Shown: piece by piece, positions 1 to 7,070 of the stretch
Layout of the letters: every line of letters starts with the position of its first letter
How positions within the stretch are numbered: position 1 is the first letter of the stretch
Assembly: GCA_048885865.1 (NCBI GenBank)
Contig: JBHLLF010000038.1
Coordinates: 1-25,483, forward strand
Source: Candidatus Hermodarchaeota archaeon
GTDB lineage: Archaea; Asgardarchaeota; Thorarchaeia; Thorarchaeales; Thorarchaeaceae
Direction of reading: 5' to 3'
DNA length: 25,483 nucleotides
The notes under the pieces: generated by a model
What the model saw: the letters and a program-made list of their open reading frames with translations, nothing else
What the model was told of the DNA's origin: nothing
Databases searched by the model: none
Program-made: the position numbers and the translations under genes

Positions 1-112
1 ATCTGAACAAACAAGGTAACTGCCCAAATTGCAATGCAGATCTGAATATTCAGGGAGTGCAATGGATGGGCGAGGGCACTCCACGCCTGACCTTTTTCTA
101 GGAGCCTTCGCT

Positions 113-1006
113 ATGCAGGTGATGAATGTCCTCTGGCGTTCTACAGGTCGGAATACCTTCGAGCCTGGACTCAGGGTTTGGTCAGATGATGCAGACACAC
201 CACATTTTCTATCCCTTCCATCAGAGTACGAAGTGGCGTGGACCATCCTAGGTCCCAAACGTTGTATTGGCCACGCAGATTCACAAGGCATATCGGTGAG
301 ATGTCCTGAGAACAGTCTGGTTCGCAGAGGTATGCGTCGATGTGGTCCGTGTTCTGCAATGGACGAAATGGATCCTTGTATTCGTTGTGACGGCAGCTAC
401 TGCAACGCAAGTGACGAGCGAGAGGAGAGATGCTTTTCCGCTGAATATGCCGTCTATCTGGCTGTCTTCAATGATGGCACTCTGAAGATTGGTGTTTCTT
501 CAAGATCTAGGGTAGAAACTAGATGGGTTGAACAGGGTGCAGACTTCGGTGGAGTGATTGGAATCATTGAAGGAGGTCTGAAAGCACGGCAAATTGAGCA
601 GAAACTGGGTTCTAGATCTGAAGTTGCAAAGCAGGTTAGAGCTGAACGCAAGGCTTTGCATCTTTTGAAGCCTATTAGTCTGGAGATGGCTCAAGAAATC
701 GCACAAGGTTTTCTTGATACTGTCAACGAGAAAGAGATAGAATCAGAAATAACACTTCGGGACCTATCGAAATACTATCATATCGATTCGTTGAACGCAG
801 AACCTCAGAGGTGGAGGTCTGGAAGAACTCCGATTGAAGGCCTTCAGCTGGTTGGAAAAGTTGTAGGCATGAAAGGCTCACTGCTTGTGACCCGATTTGC
901 TTCAGCTTTCACCTTAGCAAACATGTCGGAGCTAATTGGCTACTCCATAGACGATACTTCTGAAGTGCAAATGACTGCTCAAACGGGCCTTCTTGATTTC
1001 TTATGA
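113..1006 (+). CDS. DUF2797-family Zn-binding protein (putative nuclease-like) with C-terminal PIP box
   Basis: Cys-rich region (RCIG..CP..RCGPC..CIRCDG..C..C) followed by YAVYLA..LKIGVS..RWVEQGA and G.V.GMKG, the pattern I recognise for DUF2797. ATG 113 preceded by AGGAG is preferred over ORF start 29. Ends QTGLLDFL. Confidence 0.75.
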   Translation: MQVMNVLWRSTGRNTFEPGLRVWSDDADTPHFLSLPSEYEVAWTILGPKRCIGHADSQGISVRCPENSLVRRGMRRCGPCSAMDEMDPCIRCDGSYCNASDEREERCFSAEYAVYLAVFNDGTLKIGVSSRSRVETRWVEQGADFGGVIGIIEGGLKARQIEQKLGSRSEVAKQVRAERKALHLLKPISLEMAQEIAQGFLDTVNEKEIESEITLRDLSKYYHIDSLNAEPQRWRSGRTPIEGLQLVGKVVGMKGSLLVTRFASAFTLANMSELIGYSIDDTSEVQMTAQTGLLDFL

Positions 1007-1052
1007 TGTTCAGATAAGTTATATCTGGTCTATTGTCCTGTCAGTACTTACG

Positions 1053-1910
1053 ATGAGTGAGCCAGAAGACCATGGTGCAAAGGTCCGCTACCTCTCCTTG
1101 GTGAGAAGAGAGGGGGGTGAGCCAATAATAGGCATTCCCTATCGTGAGATGTCTGTGGACCCGGATTTGGTCGCGAGTTTTGTTCTAGCTATCATCATTT
1201 TCGAGAACCGGCAGTTGAAGACATTCACAAAGGAGGGCTATGTTGTTGTCATCGAAGAAGGAAACTATGTGGTTGGGCTACTCATCATTGACAAGGTGGA
1301 GGATGATACAGAGTACCGACAGGCGCTGATCAAACTCATTGAGCAGTTCGAATCAGAATACGAAATACATCTACAAAACTGGAAGGGCGACATTCGGCCC
1401 TTCAGAGAGTATGCTCTCAATATTCTCGGGATTTTTCCATATCGAAAGCTCGATTGGGAATTGGTTCCTCGAATGGTCACAAAGTCCGAGGCAACTCCTG
1501 ATCTTCAAGCAACCATACCTTGGAGTGTAGGGGAGACTGATGCGAAATTGCAGCTAATCTCAGGCTACATCAATGGCAAACGGTCAATTGGTGAGATAAT
1601 TGATCAGTCTGAGATACCTGAGGCTGAAGCATTAGCGCTTTTCTCAATGCTTGATCGGTACAAATGGATTACCTTGAGCAGGCGTTTAGAGGAGAAGAGT
1701 ATACTAGTAAAGGTGATGGAGCCTCCACTTTTATTGCGAGGAGTATATGGGGATCAGCTGACAGCTCTTGTGGAACTCTGTGATGGTACTAAAACTCTTC
1801 TCGAAATCTGTGAATCATTACCATATAATATGGAAGCAGTCAAAACAGTGGCAAAGAACCTGATAGATGCGGGGGTGCTAGGTTACCATGATTTGGAAAT
1901 GGCAAAATAG
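1053..1910 (+). CDS. Longin domain + two winged-helix-like repeats (NPRL2/NPRL3-like), paralog A
   Basis: N-terminal Asgard-type longin (VDPDLVASFVLAI...FESEY..LQNWKGDIRPF), then repeats YINGKRSIGEI..L.RYKWI and LCDGTKTLLEI..LIDAGVL. ATG 1053 chosen because ORF start 993 overlaps the upstream gene and the paralog aligns from about here. Confidence 0.7.
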   Translation: MSEPEDHGAKVRYLSLVRREGGEPIIGIPYREMSVDPDLVASFVLAIIIFENRQLKTFTKEGYVVVIEEGNYVVGLLIIDKVEDDTEYRQALIKLIEQFESEYEIHLQNWKGDIRPFREYALNILGIFPYRKLDWELVPRMVTKSEATPDLQATIPWSVGETDAKLQLISGYINGKRSIGEIIDQSEIPEAEALALFSMLDRYKWITLSRRLEEKSILVKVMEPPLLLRGVYGDQLTALVELCDGTKTLLEICESLPYNMEAVKTVAKNLIDAGVLGYHDLEMAK

Positions 1911-1930
1911 CAGCCTGGCTCACTCACTAG

Positions 1931-1946
1931 CAAAGGCTATTAATGC
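1931..1946 (+). promoter_or_regulatory. Putative BRE/TATA promoter of paralog B
   Basis: CAAAGGCTATTAATGC: purine-rich stretch followed by TATTAA, about 60 nt upstream of GGAGG and TTG 2006. Confidence 0.4.
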
Positions 1947-2005
1947 AGCATCGCCGCTCCAAAACGACTCTACGAATGAATACTGGATAGGAGGCATGAC
2001 CTGGT

Positions 2006-2836
2006 TTGTCCATTGATACCACAAAGGTCAGATACATCTCTCTTATCCGAATGGAAGGTGGAGAGTCAGTACTCAATGTTCCTTACGCAGAGATGACCGT
2101 TGATCCGGACCTTATCGCAGGCTTTGTCACTGCGGTGATTATCTTTGCCAAGACTCCAATTCGAACAATAAGAAAAGCTGCATACGATATTCTAATTGAG
2201 GTTGGAGAAACCGTTTTAGTTCTTCTTGTAGTTGACCCAGTTCCTGATGAAGCCCCATATCGTGAGAAGCTCAATAAGATTCTACAAGATGTCGAGGCAA
2301 CCCATGGTAGGAAATTGAAGGATTTTGAGGGTGATGTCAGAATATTCAGGGATTTTGCTCTGAATATTATCAAGGAGTTTCCATACATGGAGATTGACCT
2401 TGATCTGGTGCCTATACGTCGGTCGGGTGGGTCTCGGATAGGTTTTCGTGTTGGTGATGTTGACAAGAAGCTAGAGCAGGTTGAGGCTTTCATAAACGGA
2501 AAACGCACAGTTGCTGAGATACTCGATTTAATTGGCTTGCCAGAAGATGAGGTCCTTGCAGCTATCTCTGCTCTTGCCAAGTACAAATGGATAGGCTTCA
2601 AACGAAGGCTCACAGAGAATGATGTTCTTGTACGTAATGATTGTCAAGACATAGATATCGATAAGCTTCGAATCCAATACGAAGCTAATGCAGTAGATGG
2701 ATTGATTTCTAGTTTTGATGGTGTGAAATCAATTACCGAGGTTTTCGAATCATTACAAAATGACCGCTACGATCGCAATGCGCTTTGGTTTTTGATCCAC
2801 AAGCTTGTAGAATATGGTTGCCTTACACCGGCCTAA
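2006..2836 (+). CDS. Longin domain + two winged-helix-like repeats (NPRL2/NPRL3-like), paralog B
   Basis: Co-linear with paralog A (KVRY.SL.R.EGGE, EM.VDPDL.A.FV.A.IIF, GD.R.FR..ALNI..FPY, LVP, INGKR...EI, YKWI..RRL). TTG start downstream of AGGAGG. Confidence 0.7.
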   Translation: MSIDTTKVRYISLIRMEGGESVLNVPYAEMTVDPDLIAGFVTAVIIFAKTPIRTIRKAAYDILIEVGETVLVLLVVDPVPDEAPYREKLNKILQDVEATHGRKLKDFEGDVRIFRDFALNIIKEFPYMEIDLDLVPIRRSGGSRIGFRVGDVDKKLEQVEAFINGKRTVAEILDLIGLPEDEVLAAISALAKYKWIGFKRRLTENDVLVRNDCQDIDIDKLRIQYEANAVDGLISSFDGVKSITEVFESLQNDRYDRNALWFLIHKLVEYGCLTPA

Positions 2837-2842
2837 TGTGTT

Positions 2843-3667
2843 TCAAAGCGGGGTATCATCACCAGGGATTCCAACAACGTCGCTTCTACACTGCTTGCAA
2901 TGATGAAACTGCTTAATATAATCTGAAGCGGTCTTTCTTGCCGTTGCCAATTCGCGCCCAGAAGGTGCTTTCATCCGTATCATTCTGTCGTTTGGAACCA
3001 GTGGCACTATGTTATGAAGAGTAGCTCCAGCTTTCGAGATATTTCTAGCCAAGGAGCCAATATCGCCTCCGTTTATGGATGGAATAAGAATGGTATTTAC
3101 TTTTACACGAATACCAACGCCACTGGCTCTGCGAATCCCTTCCAGTTGTTTCTCAATAATGCGTTTCCCCATCTTCTCTCCCCGCATAACTCTTCCATCA
3201 ATTATAGCCCATTCGTAGATTCTCGCGGCGGATTGAGGATTGACTGTGCTTATGGATATTGACACGGTTTCAACATTGATTCGCAGAAGGTTTGGTATCT
3301 GCGACGCAAGTAATATTCCATTTGTGCTCAAGCAGAAATGGATTCCCGGGAAGACCGTTTTGATTTGCTGAAGAGTGTGGAGCGTTGCATTATTTGCCAA
3401 TGGCTCTCCAGGGCCTGATACCGCCACGATTCTAAGATTGGGCCTTTTTTTAATTTCTTCAATAGCTCTATTCACAGCATCTTCAGAATTCATCAATATT
3501 CGAGAAGCACCAGGCACATGAGTGTGACAAGCAGAAGCACCCTTTCCATCACAGAATGCACATTTCACATTGCACACTCTTGCCACCGGTAGATGAATTC
3601 GCTCCCAGATGCTATGTCTGCAATCAGACCAACAAGGATGGAGTTTGGCTGGATACTCGAGTTGCAT
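2843..3667 (-). CDS. NifB-like radical SAM protein (stand-alone, no NifX domain)
   Basis: HPC, RIHLPVA, CxxxCxxC (CNVKCAFC), SGPGEPLAN, CLSTNG, KVNTILIP, NIVPLVP and C-terminal HCKQCRSDVVG all match NifB-family motifs. Confidence 0.8.
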   Translation of the reverse strand: MQLEYPAKLHPCWSDCRHSIWERIHLPVARVCNVKCAFCDGKGASACHTHVPGASRILMNSEDAVNRAIEEIKKRPNLRIVAVSGPGEPLANNATLHTLQQIKTVFPGIHFCLSTNGILLASQIPNLLRINVETVSISISTVNPQSAARIYEWAIIDGRVMRGEKMGKRIIEKQLEGIRRASGVGIRVKVNTILIPSINGGDIGSLARNISKAGATLHNIVPLVPNDRMIRMKAPSGRELATARKTASDYIKQFHHCKQCRSDVVGIPGDDTPL

Positions 3668-3678
3668 TGCTCAATCAC

Positions 3679-4071
3679 TTAGGATAGGTCTCGTAGAATT
3701 TTGGTTGCCTCTCTCGCCGCAAGCTTTGCATCGTTGAAGATTAAACCCAACCTTGCATTTTCTGGTGCAGTTACAGCAAGGAGGTACTCTGATGGCATTG
3801 TAACAACGAGTGTAGAGCCTCGGCTTCCCTGAATTATTATAGATTTGAGATTGCCTTGACGTAATTCTCGAACTGTTTGTTCTCCCGCAGAGTGAATGCC
3901 TGCTACCATTGCAGCTACAGCGACCTCTTCGGTTCTGCCATGAAAGTGGCTCACGAGTGGCAATCCTTCCACAGAAAGTATGGCGGCACCAAGAATCGGC
4001 GAATTATTGGAGAGTCTCTTCAGAACCTCTTTGAGTATGCTAGGCATATCTTCCGCGACAGGCTTTGCCAA
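3679..4071 (-). CDS. Roadblock/LC7 (MglB-like) domain protein
   Basis: ILGAAILSVEGLPLVS..VAAMVAGI..GE..V.EL.QG.L..III.G..G......NARLGLIF is the typical roadblock pattern. TTG 4071 after GAGGGA is likely; ATG 4047 is an alternative. Confidence 0.88.
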   Translation of the reverse strand: MAKPVAEDMPSILKEVLKRLSNNSPILGAAILSVEGLPLVSHFHGRTEEVAVAAMVAGIHSAGEQTVRELRQGNLKSIIIQGSRGSTLVVTMPSEYLLAVTAPENARLGLIFNDAKLAAREATKILRDLS

Positions 4072-4180
4072 CTTCCATCCCTCGAAATGAATTGGCCATC
4101 TCTCAAACAGCACTACTATCTGTTGGGAGGCTGGCAGCAAATAAAGCTTGGGAGCATATGTCCTACAACACAGTTTTTGC

Positions 4181-5182
4181 CTATCCTATGAGTCTGACTG
4201 ATGTCACTGTGTCACTGTATATCAAACGAGCGGGAGTCTTCATGATTCTTAGAACATTGTCTGCATGCTTCTCCATTCCTACACCGCGAAGCATATCGAC
4301 GAACTCTAGACCTGTCGTCACGGCTAATCCCCTCAGGGGCTTGCCTGCCTTGCAGGACTCCAAGAGGTCATCCGCGGTAACAACTTTGCAACGCAAGCCA
4401 TCACCAACGTGCTTCTGCAAATGAGAGATCCCTTTTCTTGCTATTCCCTTGTTCTCCTTTTGCTCAGACGTATAGACTCTCCTCTTGGCTATATTGCGGA
4501 GCCTTGCCAATCCCCTTTCAATGACTTCATCTGATGTTATCGTGCTTCCATAGAGATGGCTTACATCTTTGGTTGTCGAGGTCACAAGCCACGCAGTACC
4601 ATAAGCCGCTTGATAGCGCATTCCCTTTAGTATCTCTGACTCACTGAGAAGTGTAATGGAACGATAGCCCTTGTACTCAACTGAGATTGTCCAATCTGGG
4701 TCTTTGTGTTTCACCATGAGATCTGGAGTTAAGCCCTCTCCAGTCAATGGGACACTTGTTTCCACATTAGGAAAGAGATGGGTGATATAAGCCTGAAAAG
4801 CTTCGTGAAACAGATTGTGGCGGAGATTGCGCGCTTCCTGGGGATGGCGAAGACCGGCTTTTTGATAGAGGACCGGCATCTCCATCTTCTGACCAGTCTT
4901 AAGCCGAACTTCATTCTTTGTGGTCTGCTTTCCTCGAGCATGATTCTGTTGTACGAGGCGAATAGCTGCAGTTCTGCCAAGAAGATGAAACATGGCCTTC
5001 CCAAGTTCCATGCCCTGAGGTGATTTCATCCCATCCCGCTTTCTTTTCGCCTCTTTGTACGACCAGTCTACAACTTCCTGAGCATCCTTGTTGAGCAGAT
5101 AAAAGATTGAGCTAAGTTTTTCTCCCAGATTATACCTCCTCACATACTTCTTCAATTCTGGTGCATACTTTATTCTTCCCAA
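4181..5182 (-). CDS. PD-(D/E)XK nuclease-fold protein
   Basis: Helix with HE, then VETSVPL..EGLTPDLMV..WTISVEYKG (PD...ExK), followed by a helix and AWLVT strand. Confidence 0.6.
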   Translation of the reverse strand: MGRIKYAPELKKYVRRYNLGEKLSSIFYLLNKDAQEVVDWSYKEAKRKRDGMKSPQGMELGKAMFHLLGRTAAIRLVQQNHARGKQTTKNEVRLKTGQKMEMPVLYQKAGLRHPQEARNLRHNLFHEAFQAYITHLFPNVETSVPLTGEGLTPDLMVKHKDPDWTISVEYKGYRSITLLSESEILKGMRYQAAYGTAWLVTSTTKDVSHLYGSTITSDEVIERGLARLRNIAKRRVYTSEQKENKGIARKGISHLQKHVGDGLRCKVVTADDLLESCKAGKPLRGLAVTTGLEFVDMLRGVGMEKHADNVLRIMKTPARLIYSDTVTSVRLIG

Positions 5183-5225
5183 GGGTCTACACTCTCAAGG
5201 TCATTTCCTAGATGCTTCTCCTGAC

Positions 5226-5882
5226 CTACATTATCTCCTTTATCAGCTTGACCTCTTGTGTTTCATCATCGTAGGACACTAAATCAGCATTCCTTAGATC
5301 ATGGATCGCCTTCATGACCGCAGTAGCCATAATTCCAGTGCTAGCTTCAATATTCTTCCTTGTAATAGCTGACTTGGTGTTATGCAATGTATATAGCACC
5401 CTCGCGTGAGGCTTGCCTCCAAATATGTTCTCAATAAGAATAATGTAAATTGCTAGGAGATCACTCACATCTACTTTCTCTTGGAGTTTCTCTTTTTCTG
5501 CTGAAGTCTCGCGGTAGAGTTCAGATACTCTTTCCAGTTTCGCATTGATTTCATCCATCTCGGCCCTGAGTTCATCCCGCTCTTTTCGTAGCTCATCAAT
5601 CTCAGAATCCTTCGTTGTGTCCGACCTCAGCGCCTCTAATTCTTCGGTTGAACTGCTGAGGGCCTCTTTTGCTGACTCAAGTTCAGACTCCACCTTGTTA
5701 GCCCTCTCCTCTGCTGCCCATGTCTTCTCCTCAGCTTCCCTTTTGGCAGCGCGGAGTTCTTCTGCCTCACTTGTGTATCTGTCAATTTCGCCAGACAGCC
5801 TATCGTGCTCTTCCAACAGTCTGACGACCGTGTTCCTCAACTCATCGAATTCTTCGAGCATCTTCTCTTTATCCAAAGACAT
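5226..5882 (-). CDS. Coiled-coil protein with C-terminal winged helix-turn-helix
   Basis: About 135 aa of E/K/R/L heptads, then KPHARVLYTL..AITRKNIEASTGIMATAVMKAIHDLRNADLVSYD..TQEVKL (wHTH with wing). ATG 5882 after GGTGGAG. Confidence 0.75.
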   Translation of the reverse strand: MSLDKEKMLEEFDELRNTVVRLLEEHDRLSGEIDRYTSEAEELRAAKREAEEKTWAAEERANKVESELESAKEALSSSTEELEALRSDTTKDSEIDELRKERDELRAEMDEINAKLERVSELYRETSAEKEKLQEKVDVSDLLAIYIILIENIFGGKPHARVLYTLHNTKSAITRKNIEASTGIMATAVMKAIHDLRNADLVSYDDETQEVKLIKEIM

Positions 5883-5918
5883 AGTATCTCCACCAATCAT
5901 GCTTGACTATTCAGTGTC

Positions 5919-7070
5919 TTATATCAGTTTCACATCATAGTCTCGTGCTTTTGCCTGAATGTATTTCAGGTATGCCGTTTTCAATTGATTTAGTGGCAAT
6001 CCAAAGGCCTTAAACGACTCAAGCTCTCCTTTTCTCTTCCTTCTCAGCATGGTGTTATTTTCGCGAATGAGCATTTCATCCTGACTAATTGCTGGAATCG
6101 ATTGATTCTGACGTGCGCATTTGATATCTGAGTTGCTCATCACTTCTAGGGAGTGCTCTATGTCCTTGAGCATCCCCCTCTTATGCCAGAAATCGTCTAT
6201 GCTGAGTCCTATTAGGCGAGCCTCAGGTGTGCCAAGCCCTCGTATATTGGCGAGTTCAATTGAGTTGTTCTTTATAGTTGAGAAGATCCTCAGTGACCAT
6301 GGAGACATGTCAACAAGGACCAATATTGGCACCTCTGCATCTGCGAGCCTTCGAATCCATGCTCGCATATTCCTTCCAGGCTGACCAAATAGTGATCCAA
6401 TCCCTAGTTTCATGTCCTCTGGAATTCCCAGTTCAATGAGATTTCTCGCCATGGCTTCCTTTTCCACAAAGATAGCCGCATCAATGTTGATATCATGGAT
6501 TCTCACCTCAAATGGCCGTGAAGAAATGAACCAACCATACTCGCCCGCCCCAGTACAGCTAATTCTTTTTCCCGAAAGATCCGAGAGAGTTACGTCGCCA
6601 TAGAAAGTCCCCTTCGGGGAACTTACCACACCAAAATCCTCACGAGGGATGGAGGCTCCTTTCGCCCTCATAATTCGCTCGCAGAGATTTATCGCTCTAT
6701 TGGTTTCATTCTGTGAACCAATTCTGAGCAATTCTTGAACACGCTTTACTTTATGCATGTAGTAATAATCTCGTAGGCTCATTGACATGCCTTGCTCAAG
6801 ATGTTCTTTGAATCTAGTTAGCCCATAAACAAGTCCTACGATTGTCTTGGCACTCTCAACCTTTCTTCCATCCAGATAGGATGGAGCCGCATCAATGTGT
6901 GTGTAGCCTTCTGATTCGGAGTAGCTTATGTTCTTCTTTGAAGAACCAAAATATCCAATCTCAGGGAAAAGGCCGTCACTGATCGTATCAGCAAGAGTGT
7001 TTAGAATGCTATCAATAATCTCTAAGACATCGTGAGAGCCAGTTGCGCTCGGTCCGATGACTTCAGTCAT
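5919..7070 (-). CDS. top6A: DNA topoisomerase VI subunit A / Spo11 family (divergent)
   Basis: MSLRDYYY (catalytic Tyr region), REDFGV..KG.FYGD, Toprim FVEKEA, GQP..R.WIR.L, VDMSPW, LIGL and K.ELE. ATG 7070 overlaps the top6B stop, with GGAGG upstream. Confidence 0.85.
   Translation of the reverse strand: MTEVIGPSATGSHDVLEIIDSILNTLADTISDGLFPEIGYFGSSKKNISYSESEGYTHIDAAPSYLDGRKVESAKTIVGLVYGLTRFKEHLEQGMSMSLRDYYYMHKVKRVQELLRIGSQNETNRAINLCERIMRAKGASIPREDFGVVSSPKGTFYGDVTLSDLSGKRISCTGAGEYGWFISSRPFEVRIHDINIDAAIFVEKEAMARNLIELGIPEDMKLGIGSLFGQPGRNMRAWIRRLADAEVPILVLVDMSPWSLRIFSTIKNNSIELANIRGLGTPEARLIGLSIDDFWHKRGMLKDIEHSLEVMSNSDIKCARQNQSIPAISQDEMLIRENNTMLRRKRKGELESFKAFGLPLNQLKTAYLKYIQAKARDYDVKLI

Noticed and set aside
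29-112. N-terminal extensions in the ORF track (also 993-1052, 4072-4140, 7071-7127, 9580-9681)
   Set aside because: Downstream starts have better SD-like motifs or domain boundaries, and the extensions overlap neighbouring genes or promoter regions.
2083-2613. 176-aa antisense ORF, and similar shadow ORFs such as 5545..5940, 18308..18766, 20908..21294 and 22183..22644
   Set aside because: They lie opposite well-supported genes and have Ser-rich, antisense-type composition with no motifs.
2843-2845. UGA readthrough (selenocysteine) at the end of the NifB-like gene
   Set aside because: The domain is complete before the stop, and an extension would run into the convergent gene.
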